The notes beneath the pieces are model-generated. The model was not told the DNA's origin. It ran no database searches and was given only the letters and a program-made list of their open reading frames with translations. A program made the position numbers and the translations under genes. Shown here one piece after another: positions 10,341-18,339 of a DNA stretch of 32,000 nt (position 1 is its first letter; each line of letters starts with the position of its first letter). The stretch comes from Candidatus Saccharimonadota bacterium (GTDB lineage Bacteria; Patescibacteriota; Saccharimonadia; Saccharimonadales; UBA4665), in NCBI GenBank assembly GCA_016699935.1, contig CP064992.1, forward strand, positions 810,001 through 842,000, read 5' to 3'.

Positions 10341-10508
10341 AGCCTCGAGGTCGACATAACTGTCGACCTCAGAAGTGGAGGCTCGCCCTCCCCACTTTTG
10401 GCTGGAGTAAATCCAGCCAAAAAGTTCCCCACCCTAAAGGCACTGTCTCGCATCGCTGCTGACGGCGAGTAGAGCCTTTGTAGTATGCGTATGTCGAATT
10501 GAGGTTAA
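10341..10508. repeat. Inverted-repeat arm Y-C (pairs with 5111-5194), carrying an 83-nt nested insertion at 10382-10464
   Basis: It is the reverse complement of Y-A. It has a perfect hairpin GAGGTCGAC-ATAACT-GTCGACCTC at 10347-10370. Its outer end ..CGAATTGAGGTTAA overlaps the TAA stop (10505-10507) of the pseudouridine synthase gene. Confidence 0.8.
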
Positions 10509-11279
10509 TATATCAATTCGTACGAACCGCTTGGTAACCTTAGCACCGAGTATTTACCAAAGTGGGTTCGGTGGAGGGTGGTCACGGCGTAGCCGAGGCG
10601 GCAGATGTGCGGCGGATTGGCGGTTGCGGCCTTCGGTCATGGTGATTTGGTATGAGTCTGGGAATTCTTTTCTCCATTGATAAGGGAGGCTCGCCTCCCT
10701 CGGGCGTGGCCATCGCTTCTGCTCGGCCGCAGCCCGCTTCACTCGCTCGCTGTTCGCTCGCGCCGGTGCTACGCACCGGTTCGCAAATTCTCGTAACCGA
10801 GAATTTGCTCAAGCCATCCTCTAGCGTCACGCCGTGATCAGCAATGATTTGCTGATGGAGTGGCTGGAGGGGTTTGTCGAGGTGACTTCGTAGACCTTGG
10901 TTTTAGCATAACGAGGATGGGTCAGCTCATTTGCGAGATCGCCATCATCTGTTAGCAGTAGTAGACCAGAAGAATCTTTATCGAGTCGGCCGATGGGTTT
11001 TAGGTGATGGTACTCAACCGGTAAGAGGTCGTAGACGGTTGCGCTGCCCTGTCCGGCTCGAGAACAGACATAGCCTACTGGTTTGTTGAGCATGATGGTC
11101 GTGTGGTTTGTGCGCGGGGTTAGCTTCACCGCATCTGGGCAAACGGTATCTGTTGAGTTCACCTGGGATCCTGTTTCGGCAATCTGATCATTGAGCGTGA
11201 CGCGTCCGTCTGAAATTGCCTTGTCGGCTGCTCGCCGACTGAGTGATGACGCTGAGGCTATAAATTTGTTGAGACGCAT
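10505..11279 (-). CDS. RsuA/RluB-family pseudouridine synthase (S4 domain plus catalytic domain); about four frame breaks and a GC-rich in-frame insertion
   Basis: ORF 10827..11279 reads MRLNKFIASASSLSRRAADKAISDGRVTLN (S4 domain) ..KPVGYVCS..GRLDKDSSGLLLLTDDGDLANELTHPRY (catalytic Asp motif). Shifted frames continue as ..GVTLEDGLSKFSVTRI..(insertion)..KEFPDSYQITMTEGRNRQ..LGYAVTTLHRTHFGKYSVLRLPSGSYELIY, stop at 10505-10507. Confidence 0.8.
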
Positions 11280-11524
11280 GTATCTATGGTAGTCGTCTGC
11301 GACATCGGAAGCAATGTCTTTAGAGTGCTATGCTGTTGGGGTCTTCGCCTGCTGAAGGGGCTGTAGCGACAGGTTGTTGTGCTGGAGCTGCAGGTGCAGA
11401 TGTGGCGACGGTAGGCTGAGGCGTTCCGGGGCTGCCTCTTCTTTGGCTACTTCTTTGGCGAGAAGCTCGTCTAGGTTTGGTCCACTGGTAATATCGTTAA
11501 TTGGTCGTATGACCTTTTTGCCGG

Positions 11525-12112
11525 CTACGTTGACCTGGTCTGATTCATCTGTAGAAGGGGCCGACGGGTGGCAACGCTCTCGGGAGAGGCACTCTGAGGA
11601 ACGGTATCGGTAGGAAGAACTGGCGGCGATGCTGCTGCCGCATTTTCGACAACTGCTTCCGTGCTCGGACTGACCGAAGGCGTTACGTTTGTTGGTTCTT
11701 GAACTTCGGCGTTGGTTACGGTAGTTGTTTCTTCACCTGGGACTGTTTTTTGACTTGGCGGTAGAATCATAGCTGGCGGTTCATTGACGGCGGCAGCCAA
11801 ATCTTCAACTGCCTCAGTCAGGGCTGCTTCATTAGAGTCGGTTACACTTTGGCTGTCGGTGCTTTGGGGCAGCGGGCTTACTGAAGACGTGGTCTGATTA
11901 TTTGCAAAAGCAGCAATTTGAGACTCCACACTGGCCTCTTCTGCGGCAGAGGTTTGTTGTTCGGTGGCTGTGTGAGTGTCAGCGGCTACTATGTTTACGG
12001 GTACTTCGACTTGTGGGGATGATGGTGACACGGCAGCGGTTTGCTCAGGCTTGTCGACCGTTGCTCCTGCTGGTGTAGTTCCTGGTGTCTCCACCTCAGG
12101 GTTTGCAATCAT
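11525..12112 (-). CDS. Pro/Thr/Ala/Glu/Val-rich low-complexity protein or protein tail; reading frame uncertain
   Basis: Track ORF. The whole minus strand from 11290 to 12500 is open, in pieces, in similarly biased frames. The last segment ends ..GKKVIRPINDITSGPNLDELLAKE..EDPNSIAL, stop near 11320. It may be continuous with the receiver protein upstream. Confidence 0.3.
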   Translation of the reverse strand: MIANPEVETPGTTPAGATVDKPEQTAAVSPSSPQVEVPVNIVAADTHTATEQQTSAAEEASVESQIAAFANNQTTSSVSPLPQSTDSQSVTDSNEAALTEAVEDLAAAVNEPPAMILPPSQKTVPGEETTTVTNAEVQEPTNVTPSVSPSTEAVVENAAAASPPVLPTDTVPQSASPESVATRRPLLQMNQTRST

Positions 12113-12295
12113 GCCACTTTGATGGGTGACGATTGGTGTTGGTGTTGCTGCCGGTGGGGTGGCGTATTGGTTGCTTGCATCGTTGGAAGAACGAGGGGTC
12201 GGGGTCTTGCACGGTAGTGATAACTGGTTGCGCGACCTGTTGGCCGAGCGAAGTATCTATCGGTTGGGTGAACATGGGTGCTGGTAAAGGTACGT

Positions 12296-12916
12296 TTAGT
12301 GAGGTATCTGTGCCAGGTGCTGGGACGGCTGTTGGATATGGCTGCGTTGGCGTAGCAGGTGGGGAATGGGGTTTGGGTCAGCGTCTTGTGTGCTAACTGG
12401 TGCGATTGGTTGATCTACGGTTGGAGAAGCCGTAGACATACCGGCAGTAGCGGAAACAGCCGTTGCGGTAGCTGATGCTGTCGCAGTGGTTGTTTGGTCT
12501 GGATTAGGAGTAACCACCGTTGTACCATTCAGCAAATCACGAGCGCAGTTCACGATGTCCTCTAGGGTTACCTGAGATTTCACGAGGTATTTATCGGCTC
12601 CCAGTTTGTCGGCGCGCGCTTGGTCTTCAGCTTGTCCAAGGGCTGTGAGCATAATAACCTTCGTATTTGCGAGTTCTGGAGTAGTACGCAAGATATCGAG
12701 CATCTCGAAGCCGCTGATGCGTGGCATCATCACATCGGAAATGATGAGGTCGGGTCGGTGTTGCTTTGCAACAGATAGGGCTTCTTCGCCGTTCTGCGCG
12801 GCTACAATATCATAGCCCTCGGCGCTGAGCCGCGCCTGATAGATTTCCCTGAGGTTGTTGTCGTCTTCGACGAGAAGTAGTTTTGCCACGTTAGCCGCCT
12901 TTATGCGTGAAAACAC
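12296..12916 (-). CDS. Response regulator with receiver domain only, followed by a Thr/Ala/Pro-rich tail (no DNA-binding output domain seen)
   Basis: KLLLVEDDNNLREIYQARLSAEGYDIVAAQNGEEALSVAKQHRPDLIISDVMMPRISGFEMLDILR..KVIMLTALGQ..ADKYLVK is a canonical REC domain with the phospho-acceptor Asp in IISDVMMP. Confidence 0.8.
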   Translation of the reverse strand: MFSRIKAANVAKLLLVEDDNNLREIYQARLSAEGYDIVAAQNGEEALSVAKQHRPDLIISDVMMPRISGFEMLDILRTTPELANTKVIMLTALGQAEDQARADKLGADKYLVKSQVTLEDIVNCARDLLNGTTVVTPNPDQTTTATASATATAVSATAGMSTASPTVDQPIAPVSTQDADPNPIPHLLRQRSHIQQPSQHLAQIPH

Positions 12917-12939
12917 TTATGTTTATATGTGAAAGTATA

Positions 12940-14307
12940 TCATGCTGATGCCGTTGTCGATACTGCTGTTGGGGCTGATGATGTAATGGTCGTTGCTCCA
13001 AGTGGACTTGCTGCTTCAGCCGCCATTTGCTCCTCGGCTTTTTGAGAGGTCAATCGAGGGATATTAATGTAAAACGTACTGCCTTTGTTCAGCTCGCTCT
13101 CGACCCATATCCGACCCTGGTACAGTTCCACAATCTTACGGCAGATGAAGAGACCAAGACCGGTTCCGCCGATAGTGCGAGTGGCGCTATTGTCGACGCG
13201 GTAAAATTTTTGAAATAAGTGGGGGATGTCTTCTGGCGGGATGCCAGCACCGGTATCCCGGATATATACCTGCACAACGCCATCGTTACCGGTTAGCCCT
13301 AAACTCACCTTGCCTTCTTCGGTGTATTTGCAACCGTTATCGAAAATGTTCGTAATAACCTCTCGCATGCGGTCTGGGTCAACCTGCACGTAGTACAGTG
13401 GCCGTACGACTTTGTTCATATCACGTACTTCACCATTGTTGCCGCTGGCGTCTTTGATCTGTGAATTGCCGAAGAGGAACTCCATAAAAAGACCCTTTTT
13501 TTCAGCCGAGAACCTAAGATCTTGAGCAAGCTGTTCAAGGAAGGCACCCATTTCGATTACTTTCGGGTGGTTGGTCAGGCGGCCGTCTTCGGCTTTGGCG
13601 CTCGTGAGGAGATCTTGGAATAACTGGCCGAGATGCTTCGTACTGCTATGAGCTTTTTCGAGGTAGTCGCGGGCGCGATTGTCGATGGTTGCAACCTTCT
13701 CGTTTAGTGCCAGGCTGAGGTAGCCCTCTATGGCAGCGACTGGTGTACGCATTTCATGGCTGGCAGTGCTGATGAACTCGGCCCGTTGACTTTCTTCGGC
13801 GCGCTCTTCGCTAACGTCACGAAACGCCGCAACCATACCTGTTGTGCGCTTGGCGGCGTTGACCAGCGGCGAAACGCTAAAGTTGGTTGCAACGGTCGTC
13901 ATAGCTTTTGTACTCAGGCTGATGGTGTTGTCTCGTACTGATAGGCCGCTTGAAAATGCTTTGGCGAGTGGTGTTTGCTCGGCTGGAGTCGTTTCGCCCT
14001 TGGTGTTGGTAAATTTAAAGACAGATTGCCAATCGAGACCTTCGGCTTCTTGCTTTGTCCACCCGGTGATATTGGTAGCGCCTTGATTGAAGTGTCGGAT
14101 AACCTGCTGGTCGTCGATGAGTACAACGCCGTCTTGTATAGCGCCAAGGATAATGTCTGACTTGGCTTTTTCATCTTTCAGCGAAGTCGCCAGTTTTCCG
14201 GTGACTGCGGCCCCACTGCCCTTTCGTTTTATTGCGAGCACCCAGCCAATTGCTCCAAGCAAGGCGACCACTACAACCCCACCACCGAGAATCAGATATT
14301 GTTTCAT
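12940..14307 (-). CDS. Sensor histidine kinase (TM, PAS-like, HisKA, HATPase_c)
   Basis: Track ORF 12940..14412; the likely start is MKQYLILGGGVVVVALL at 14307. H-box is FISTASHEMRTPVAAIEGYLSL. N-box is NIFDNGCKYT. G-boxes are IRDTGAGIPPEDIPHLFQKFYRVD and GGTGLGLFICRKIVELYQGRIWVESE. The ORF is intact. Confidence 0.88.
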   Translation of the reverse strand: MKQYLILGGGVVVVALLGAIGWVLAIKRKGSGAAVTGKLATSLKDEKAKSDIILGAIQDGVVLIDDQQVIRHFNQGATNITGWTKQEAEGLDWQSVFKFTNTKGETTPAEQTPLAKAFSSGLSVRDNTISLSTKAMTTVATNFSVSPLVNAAKRTTGMVAAFRDVSEERAEESQRAEFISTASHEMRTPVAAIEGYLSLALNEKVATIDNRARDYLEKAHSSTKHLGQLFQDLLTSAKAEDGRLTNHPKVIEMGAFLEQLAQDLRFSAEKKGLFMEFLFGNSQIKDASGNNGEVRDMNKVVRPLYYVQVDPDRMREVITNIFDNGCKYTEEGKVSLGLTGNDGVVQVYIRDTGAGIPPEDIPHLFQKFYRVDNSATRTIGGTGLGLFICRKIVELYQGRIWVESELNKGSTFYINIPRLTSQKAEEQMAAEAASPLGATTITSSAPTAVSTTASA

Positions 14308-14463
14308 AAACTGCTTACGTATAAGTATCTGTTTTTTCCCTGTAAAATGCAAGGTGCATGTCCAGCGAGATATGGACGAAAACTGCCAGATATGGTAACC
14401 TGTTGAAGCCAATTTGAAAATTGAGAACAGTTAATTGAAAATTGGTGCACGTCTGCGCCACCT

Positions 14464-14538
14464 GGCCCCATCTTCTAACGGTTAGGAAATCGGGTTCTCA
14501 TCCCGGAAATAGGAGTTCGATTCTCCTTGGGGTCACCA
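14464..14538 (+). tRNA. tRNA-Glu(CUC): tRNA-Glu (anticodon CUC), CCA encoded, discriminator A73
   Basis: Cloverleaf read by eye: acceptor GGCCCCA/TGGGGTC, D-arm TTCT-AACGGTTA-GGAA, anticodon arm TCGGG-TTCTCAT-CCCGG, T-arm AGGAG-TTCGATT-CTCCT, then A-CCA. Confidence 0.85.
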
Positions 14539-16126
14539 AAAGAGACTTTTCAGGTTCTGAAAGGTCTTTTTTATTGGCTATGTATCTGTAAAGTGGACTA
14601 ATTTTATCGGTTCCAAAGTGCATGGTTTCCATATCAAAGGTTGTACCCTCTGGAAACAGCATAGTTTGGAACCGTACCCGTAGGTCGTAGTCTGCGTCAA
14701 TCCATTGTTTGGCAATATCGTGCATGTGGTTTATAGCATAAGTAATCTTGGCTTCTTGCACCGTCTGCTGGTCTTCTAGCTCGTCTAATTTATCTTTAGC
14801 GTCCAACTTTCTCACATCTAATCGCTCTATCAAGTCTGATAGCTCCTGCTTACGCTTGTCATCTTTTTCAAGCAGCCTGTCCTCGATGGCGTTTAAACGT
14901 GTATCAGCAATATCGTCTAGCACTTCACGCTGTGCTTTCACTTGATCGTTAATACGTCCATTCTCTTTGGCTGCTTGGCGTATCAGAATCTCTTTGTAAC
15001 CTCTTAGGAAGCCCTCTGTGGGTTGTACGTTGCGTAGCATGTCTATCCACGCCTTATGAGCTTCTCCAATGCCTAGAGAACGCTTTGTAACTGTTTTGGG
15101 GCACTTGGGTCTGTAACAGTGGTACCGAGGAGAACTATTCTTCTTACCACCAGATAACGGTGCGGAGCCATATAGCGGTAGATTGCAGCCTACGCACAGT
15201 AGAACTTCTTTGAGTGGATATGTTGGATTGTGTTTGGAATAAGTTTCTTTGACCTTAGCTTTTTTATTCAGGAGCTTCTGATTGTGCCAGTACAGCTCTT
15301 TACTGATAATAGCTTCGTGTTTCCCCTCGACTAGCTCATAGTTCGTGAACTTATCATGAACATAGCCAGCATACTCTGGACGCTTTAATATCTGATAGAC
15401 CCCATTCTTGCCAATTAGCTTTGGCGGTACTCTGGTGCCGTCTTTTTTTGTGTAGGGTTTTGTTTTAACACCTAGCTCATGTGCATAGCGATGTAGCTGT
15501 GCTGGGTTAATATCTGCTTCACTATATTGTTCGAGGAGTTTCTTAATAAGTGGAGCTGTTGCGTCAGGCTTGATAGTGGGACGAGGCTTACCAACATCAT
15601 TCATTATCGTATGTTTCTGGTAACCGAGGATTGGACCATGTTGCCAGTACCCCTGCATAGCCAATGAACGCATATTGTCTGTTGTATTTGAACCTTTGAC
15701 TTCGTTATCAAGCTGACCGTTTAAGACAATCATACCTTCCAAGAAACGACCTATCGGGGTATCGTCCACCATAGGTTCACTTGCTGACCGTATGCCGATA
15801 CCCTTACTTGCCAGTACACCCTTTACCTGCGAGTAATAGGACATAACGTCCCTTGAGCCACGATTTAGCTTGTATACCAAAACCAAGTCAATCTTCTTGG
15901 CATTTTTAACCGCAAGTTTCAGTAGGTTTTGCAGTTCGGTACGTTCGGCATTTTTGCCAGAACGGGCTTCGTCAAAGAACCAGTCGGTAATTATAATATG
16001 ATTCTCATCGGCATATTTTTGTATTACTTTACGCTGTGTTTCGGGGCTTTCACCGTCAATCTGCTTCCTGTCGGAAATCCTAATATAGGCTAGTGCAAAG
16101 CGTGTTACTTGGTAGCTGGTATCCAT
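14498..16126 (-). CDS. Large serine recombinase (integrase)
   Basis: Intact 542-aa ORF. N-terminal resolvase-type catalytic domain: ALAYIRISDRKQ..ETQRKVIQKYA..LVLVYKLNRGSRD. Then a recombinase domain, a Cys-rich zinc-ribbon (CVGCNLPLYG..YHCYRPKCP) and a long coiled-coil (DDIADTRLNAIEDRLLEKDDKRKQELSDLIERLD..). The last ~13 codons are antisense to the tRNA T-arm and acceptor stem. Confidence 0.9.
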   Translation of the reverse strand: MDTSYQVTRFALAYIRISDRKQIDGESPETQRKVIQKYADENHIIITDWFFDEARSGKNAERTELQNLLKLAVKNAKKIDLVLVYKLNRGSRDVMSYYSQVKGVLASKGIGIRSASEPMVDDTPIGRFLEGMIVLNGQLDNEVKGSNTTDNMRSLAMQGYWQHGPILGYQKHTIMNDVGKPRPTIKPDATAPLIKKLLEQYSEADINPAQLHRYAHELGVKTKPYTKKDGTRVPPKLIGKNGVYQILKRPEYAGYVHDKFTNYELVEGKHEAIISKELYWHNQKLLNKKAKVKETYSKHNPTYPLKEVLLCVGCNLPLYGSAPLSGGKKNSSPRYHCYRPKCPKTVTKRSLGIGEAHKAWIDMLRNVQPTEGFLRGYKEILIRQAAKENGRINDQVKAQREVLDDIADTRLNAIEDRLLEKDDKRKQELSDLIERLDVRKLDAKDKLDELEDQQTVQEAKITYAINHMHDIAKQWIDADYDLRVRFQTMLFPEGTTFDMETMHFGTDKISPLYRYIANKKDLSEPEKSLLVTPRRIELLFPG

Positions 16127-16147
16127 ACTTTTATTCTACTGTACCCG

Positions 16148-16336
16148 CTATTTTTTTGGAACCACTTTTTGATTCAACATCATACTACTACTCTCGGTCA
16201 GGGTGAGTATAAGAAGTTCTATTTGGTCATCTGTCATGCCGTTACCGTCCGCTCCTAAGAGCTTACGCATTTCTTTAACGCTAATAATGAGCTGTGGTTC
16301 ATAGGAATGTGCCACCTTGGTTCTTTCTTGAACCAC
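16148..16336 (-). CDS. Small protein upstream of the recombinase (possible directionality factor or HTH); function unknown
   Basis: 62-aa track ORF 22 nt upstream of the recombinase gene. It has a segment ISVKEMRKLLGADG resembling excisionase-type HTH starts. The evidence is weak. Confidence 0.3.
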   Translation of the reverse strand: MVQERTKVAHSYEPQLIISVKEMRKLLGADGNGMTDDQIELLILTLTESSSMMLNQKVVPKK

Positions 16337-16470
16337 GAGAACGGTTTATTACCGAACCCCCACTGAGAATGCCGTAAACCTGTGTGTGACCTGTAATCAA
16401 AAGAACGTTGCAGGTCAGACGGCTTCAAGTCTACTACTTAAAACAATCTGGTGTGCAACGTTCCATCTTT

Positions 16471-16499
16471 AATTATACGCAAGCAGAAGCAGTTTGTCA
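16471..16499 (-). promoter_or_regulatory. Consensus sigma70-type promoter TTGACA-N17-TATAAT reading toward the small ORF and recombinase
   Basis: The plus strand has tgtcaa at 16494-16499 and attata at 16471-16476 with an exact 17-nt spacer. A 10-bp inverted repeat GAACGTTGCA/TGCAACGTTC (16405-16414 / 16454-16463) lies just downstream of the predicted start site. Confidence 0.5.
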
Positions 16500-16613
16500 A
16501 TACTTTAGTGCTTATTTTTGCGGTTAACACAAACATATATCGGCGAAAAAAAATAATGTGTACGGTAACACTGTCTTTCTTGTTGCGAATAAGTGAACGG
16601 TTTCACTGCTAAC

Positions 16614-16973
16614 TCACTGCTGTTTGTTTGATTTCACAACTTCGATAACTAACTTAGGTCTGTCGAAGAAGCCTGTTTTGTCTTCCATGATGTAACTTCT
16701 GTCCTGATGTTCAGCAAGCCATCTGACGGCTCGTACGTCGCCCTCAAGAGCCTTCTTAATCATAGCCAGTACCATTGCCTGTGCGTAAGAGGTGGGCTGT
16801 CCTTTAGCTAGGTCAGTTAAGTGGGTACTGAATAGTAGGTTGGCTCCTGCATTCTGCTCTAGTAGTTTACGGACTATCGTAGATATATTCTTAGAACCCT
16901 GCTTGCGTCCAGCAGGGTTACCAGATTGTCCTGACTTCCAAGGCTTTAGATTTGGGTAGTTTTTGTTATACAT
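16614..16973 (-). CDS. DUF5681-like phage-associated protein
   Basis: The N-terminal motif LKPWKSGQSGNPAGRKQGSKN matches the (K/P)GQSGNPxGRPKGSKN signature of DUF5681 proteins found in phage and satellite modules. Confidence 0.55.
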   Translation of the reverse strand: MYNKNYPNLKPWKSGQSGNPAGRKQGSKNISTIVRKLLEQNAGANLLFSTHLTDLAKGQPTSYAQAMVLAMIKKALEGDVRAVRWLAEHQDRSYIMEDKTGFFDRPKLVIEVVKSNKQQ

Positions 16974-17017
16974 CTCTCTATCTATTGTACTAAAAACGGG
17001 TTTGGCACCGTCTCTAA

Positions 17018-18326
17018 TCAGGGGTCGAGTCGTTTCGGACCACGATAGAGGTAGGTAACTTCTCTTACGTTTGAAACGTCCAGCAGTTTCATTAGTAGTC
17101 TGCTAGGGCTTAATCCGAGACCGCCATGTGGAGGACAGCCATACCTAAAGAAGTTAAAGTAAAACTCTAGGGGCTCTCTGTGTAGTCCTTTTTCCTTGGC
17201 TTGTTCCAGCAATTTCTCGTAACGGTGTTCACGCTGTGCACCTGTGGTTACTTCAATTCCGTTCCAAAGCAAGTCAAAGCTCTTGGTCAGAGTCTCATCA
17301 CTCTCTAGACGCATGTGGTAGAAAGGTCGTGCCGTGACAGGATATTCAGTTACAAATACAAACTCGTGACCGTGCTGCTCTTTTATAAGCTCTGATAATT
17401 TACGTTCTTCTTCTGGGTTAAGGTCGTCTACTTTGTCTGACTCAATCTTAAATGGAGCCAGTAACTCTTTAGCTTGTTTCATAGTGACCTGCGGAAAAGG
17501 TATAGTCGGAACTACGATTTCTCGGTTATACGCTTTAAGAATCGCTTCACCGTGCTTCTCCTTGACAGCTCCAATCATAGCAACCAGCCACTTTTCTTCT
17601 TCCGCAATAACGTCTTGGTGTGACTCTACAAAAGACAGCTCCATGTCATATCCTGTGAATTCGGTATCATGTCGAGAGGTAAAAGATGGGTTCGCCCGAA
17701 AAACAGGACCAGTTTCAAAGATACGTTCGAAGCCCGAAGCCATAGCCATTTGCTTGTATAACTGCGGTGATTGAGCAAGATAAGCGGTACGTTCAAAATA
17801 CTTCACCTCAAACAGTTCCGCAGCACCCTCACTAGGTATGCTCATGAGCTTAGGAGAGTGTATCTCCATGTACCCATTTTCAGTCCAGTATTGACGGGCA
17901 GCTTGCTCCATAGTCGTCCACGCTTCAAAGATAAGTCGTTTGTCAGTTCTTCGTAGGTCAAGCCAACGCCAGTCAAGACGCTTCTGCTGTTCCGCTTCGT
18001 TTTCAGCATTCTCAGATACGGGTATAGGTAATTCTGGGTCTGCTAGCGAGAGCACTTCCAAATTATCAACCATTATTTCAACGCCGTGTGGTGCGTTCTT
18101 TTCTAGTTTTGCCGTGCCATTTACTTTAATCACTGACTCGATCGTCAGGCTCTTACTGGCTTCGTAGGCAGGGAGCTTTTGAGAACAACTGATTGAAAGC
18201 TGCCCTGATTATTACGGATAATTAAAAGACAATACTGCCTTGGTCACGAACTGTTTGGAGCCAACCATCTACTACGACAGCCTCTCCTGCTTTCTCGGTT
18301 AACTCTGTTGCTGATAGATGTTTCAT
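17018..18326 (-). CDS. aspS: Aspartyl-tRNA synthetase, archaeal/eukaryal-type class IIb (no GAD insertion); N-terminal OB-fold out of frame at two homopolymers
   Basis: ORF 17018..18133 shows motif 1 (GYMEIHSPKLM), motif 2 (FRANPSFTSRHDTEFTGYDMEL), motif 3 (GCPPHGGLGLSPSRLLM) and the type-2 AspRS C-terminus EVTYLYRGPKRLDP. Upstream, AGGAG plus ATG at 18326 gives MKHLSATELTEKAGEAVVVDGWLQTVRDQGSIVF. Adding one base at run 18224-18227 and one at 18177-18180 restores ..LIIRNNQGSFQSVVLKKLPAYEASKSLTIESVIKVNG. Confidence 0.8.
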
Positions 18327-18339
18327 ACTGCTCCTTTCC

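Noticed and set aside
5111-10508. A classical composite transposon or IS element bounded by the 85-bp inverted repeats, with TTAA as the target duplication.
   Set aside because: No transposase ORF lies inside, and the TTAA may simply be part of the repeat (it includes the gene's stop codon). It is kept only as an open possibility within the finding on the repeated gene ends.
11374-12396. Plus-strand track ORFs 11374..11613 and 12133..12396.
   Set aside because: They are antisense to the low-complexity Pro/Thr/Ala-rich coding tract. Their Gly/Cys/Arg/Trp-rich composition is the mirror of that bias.
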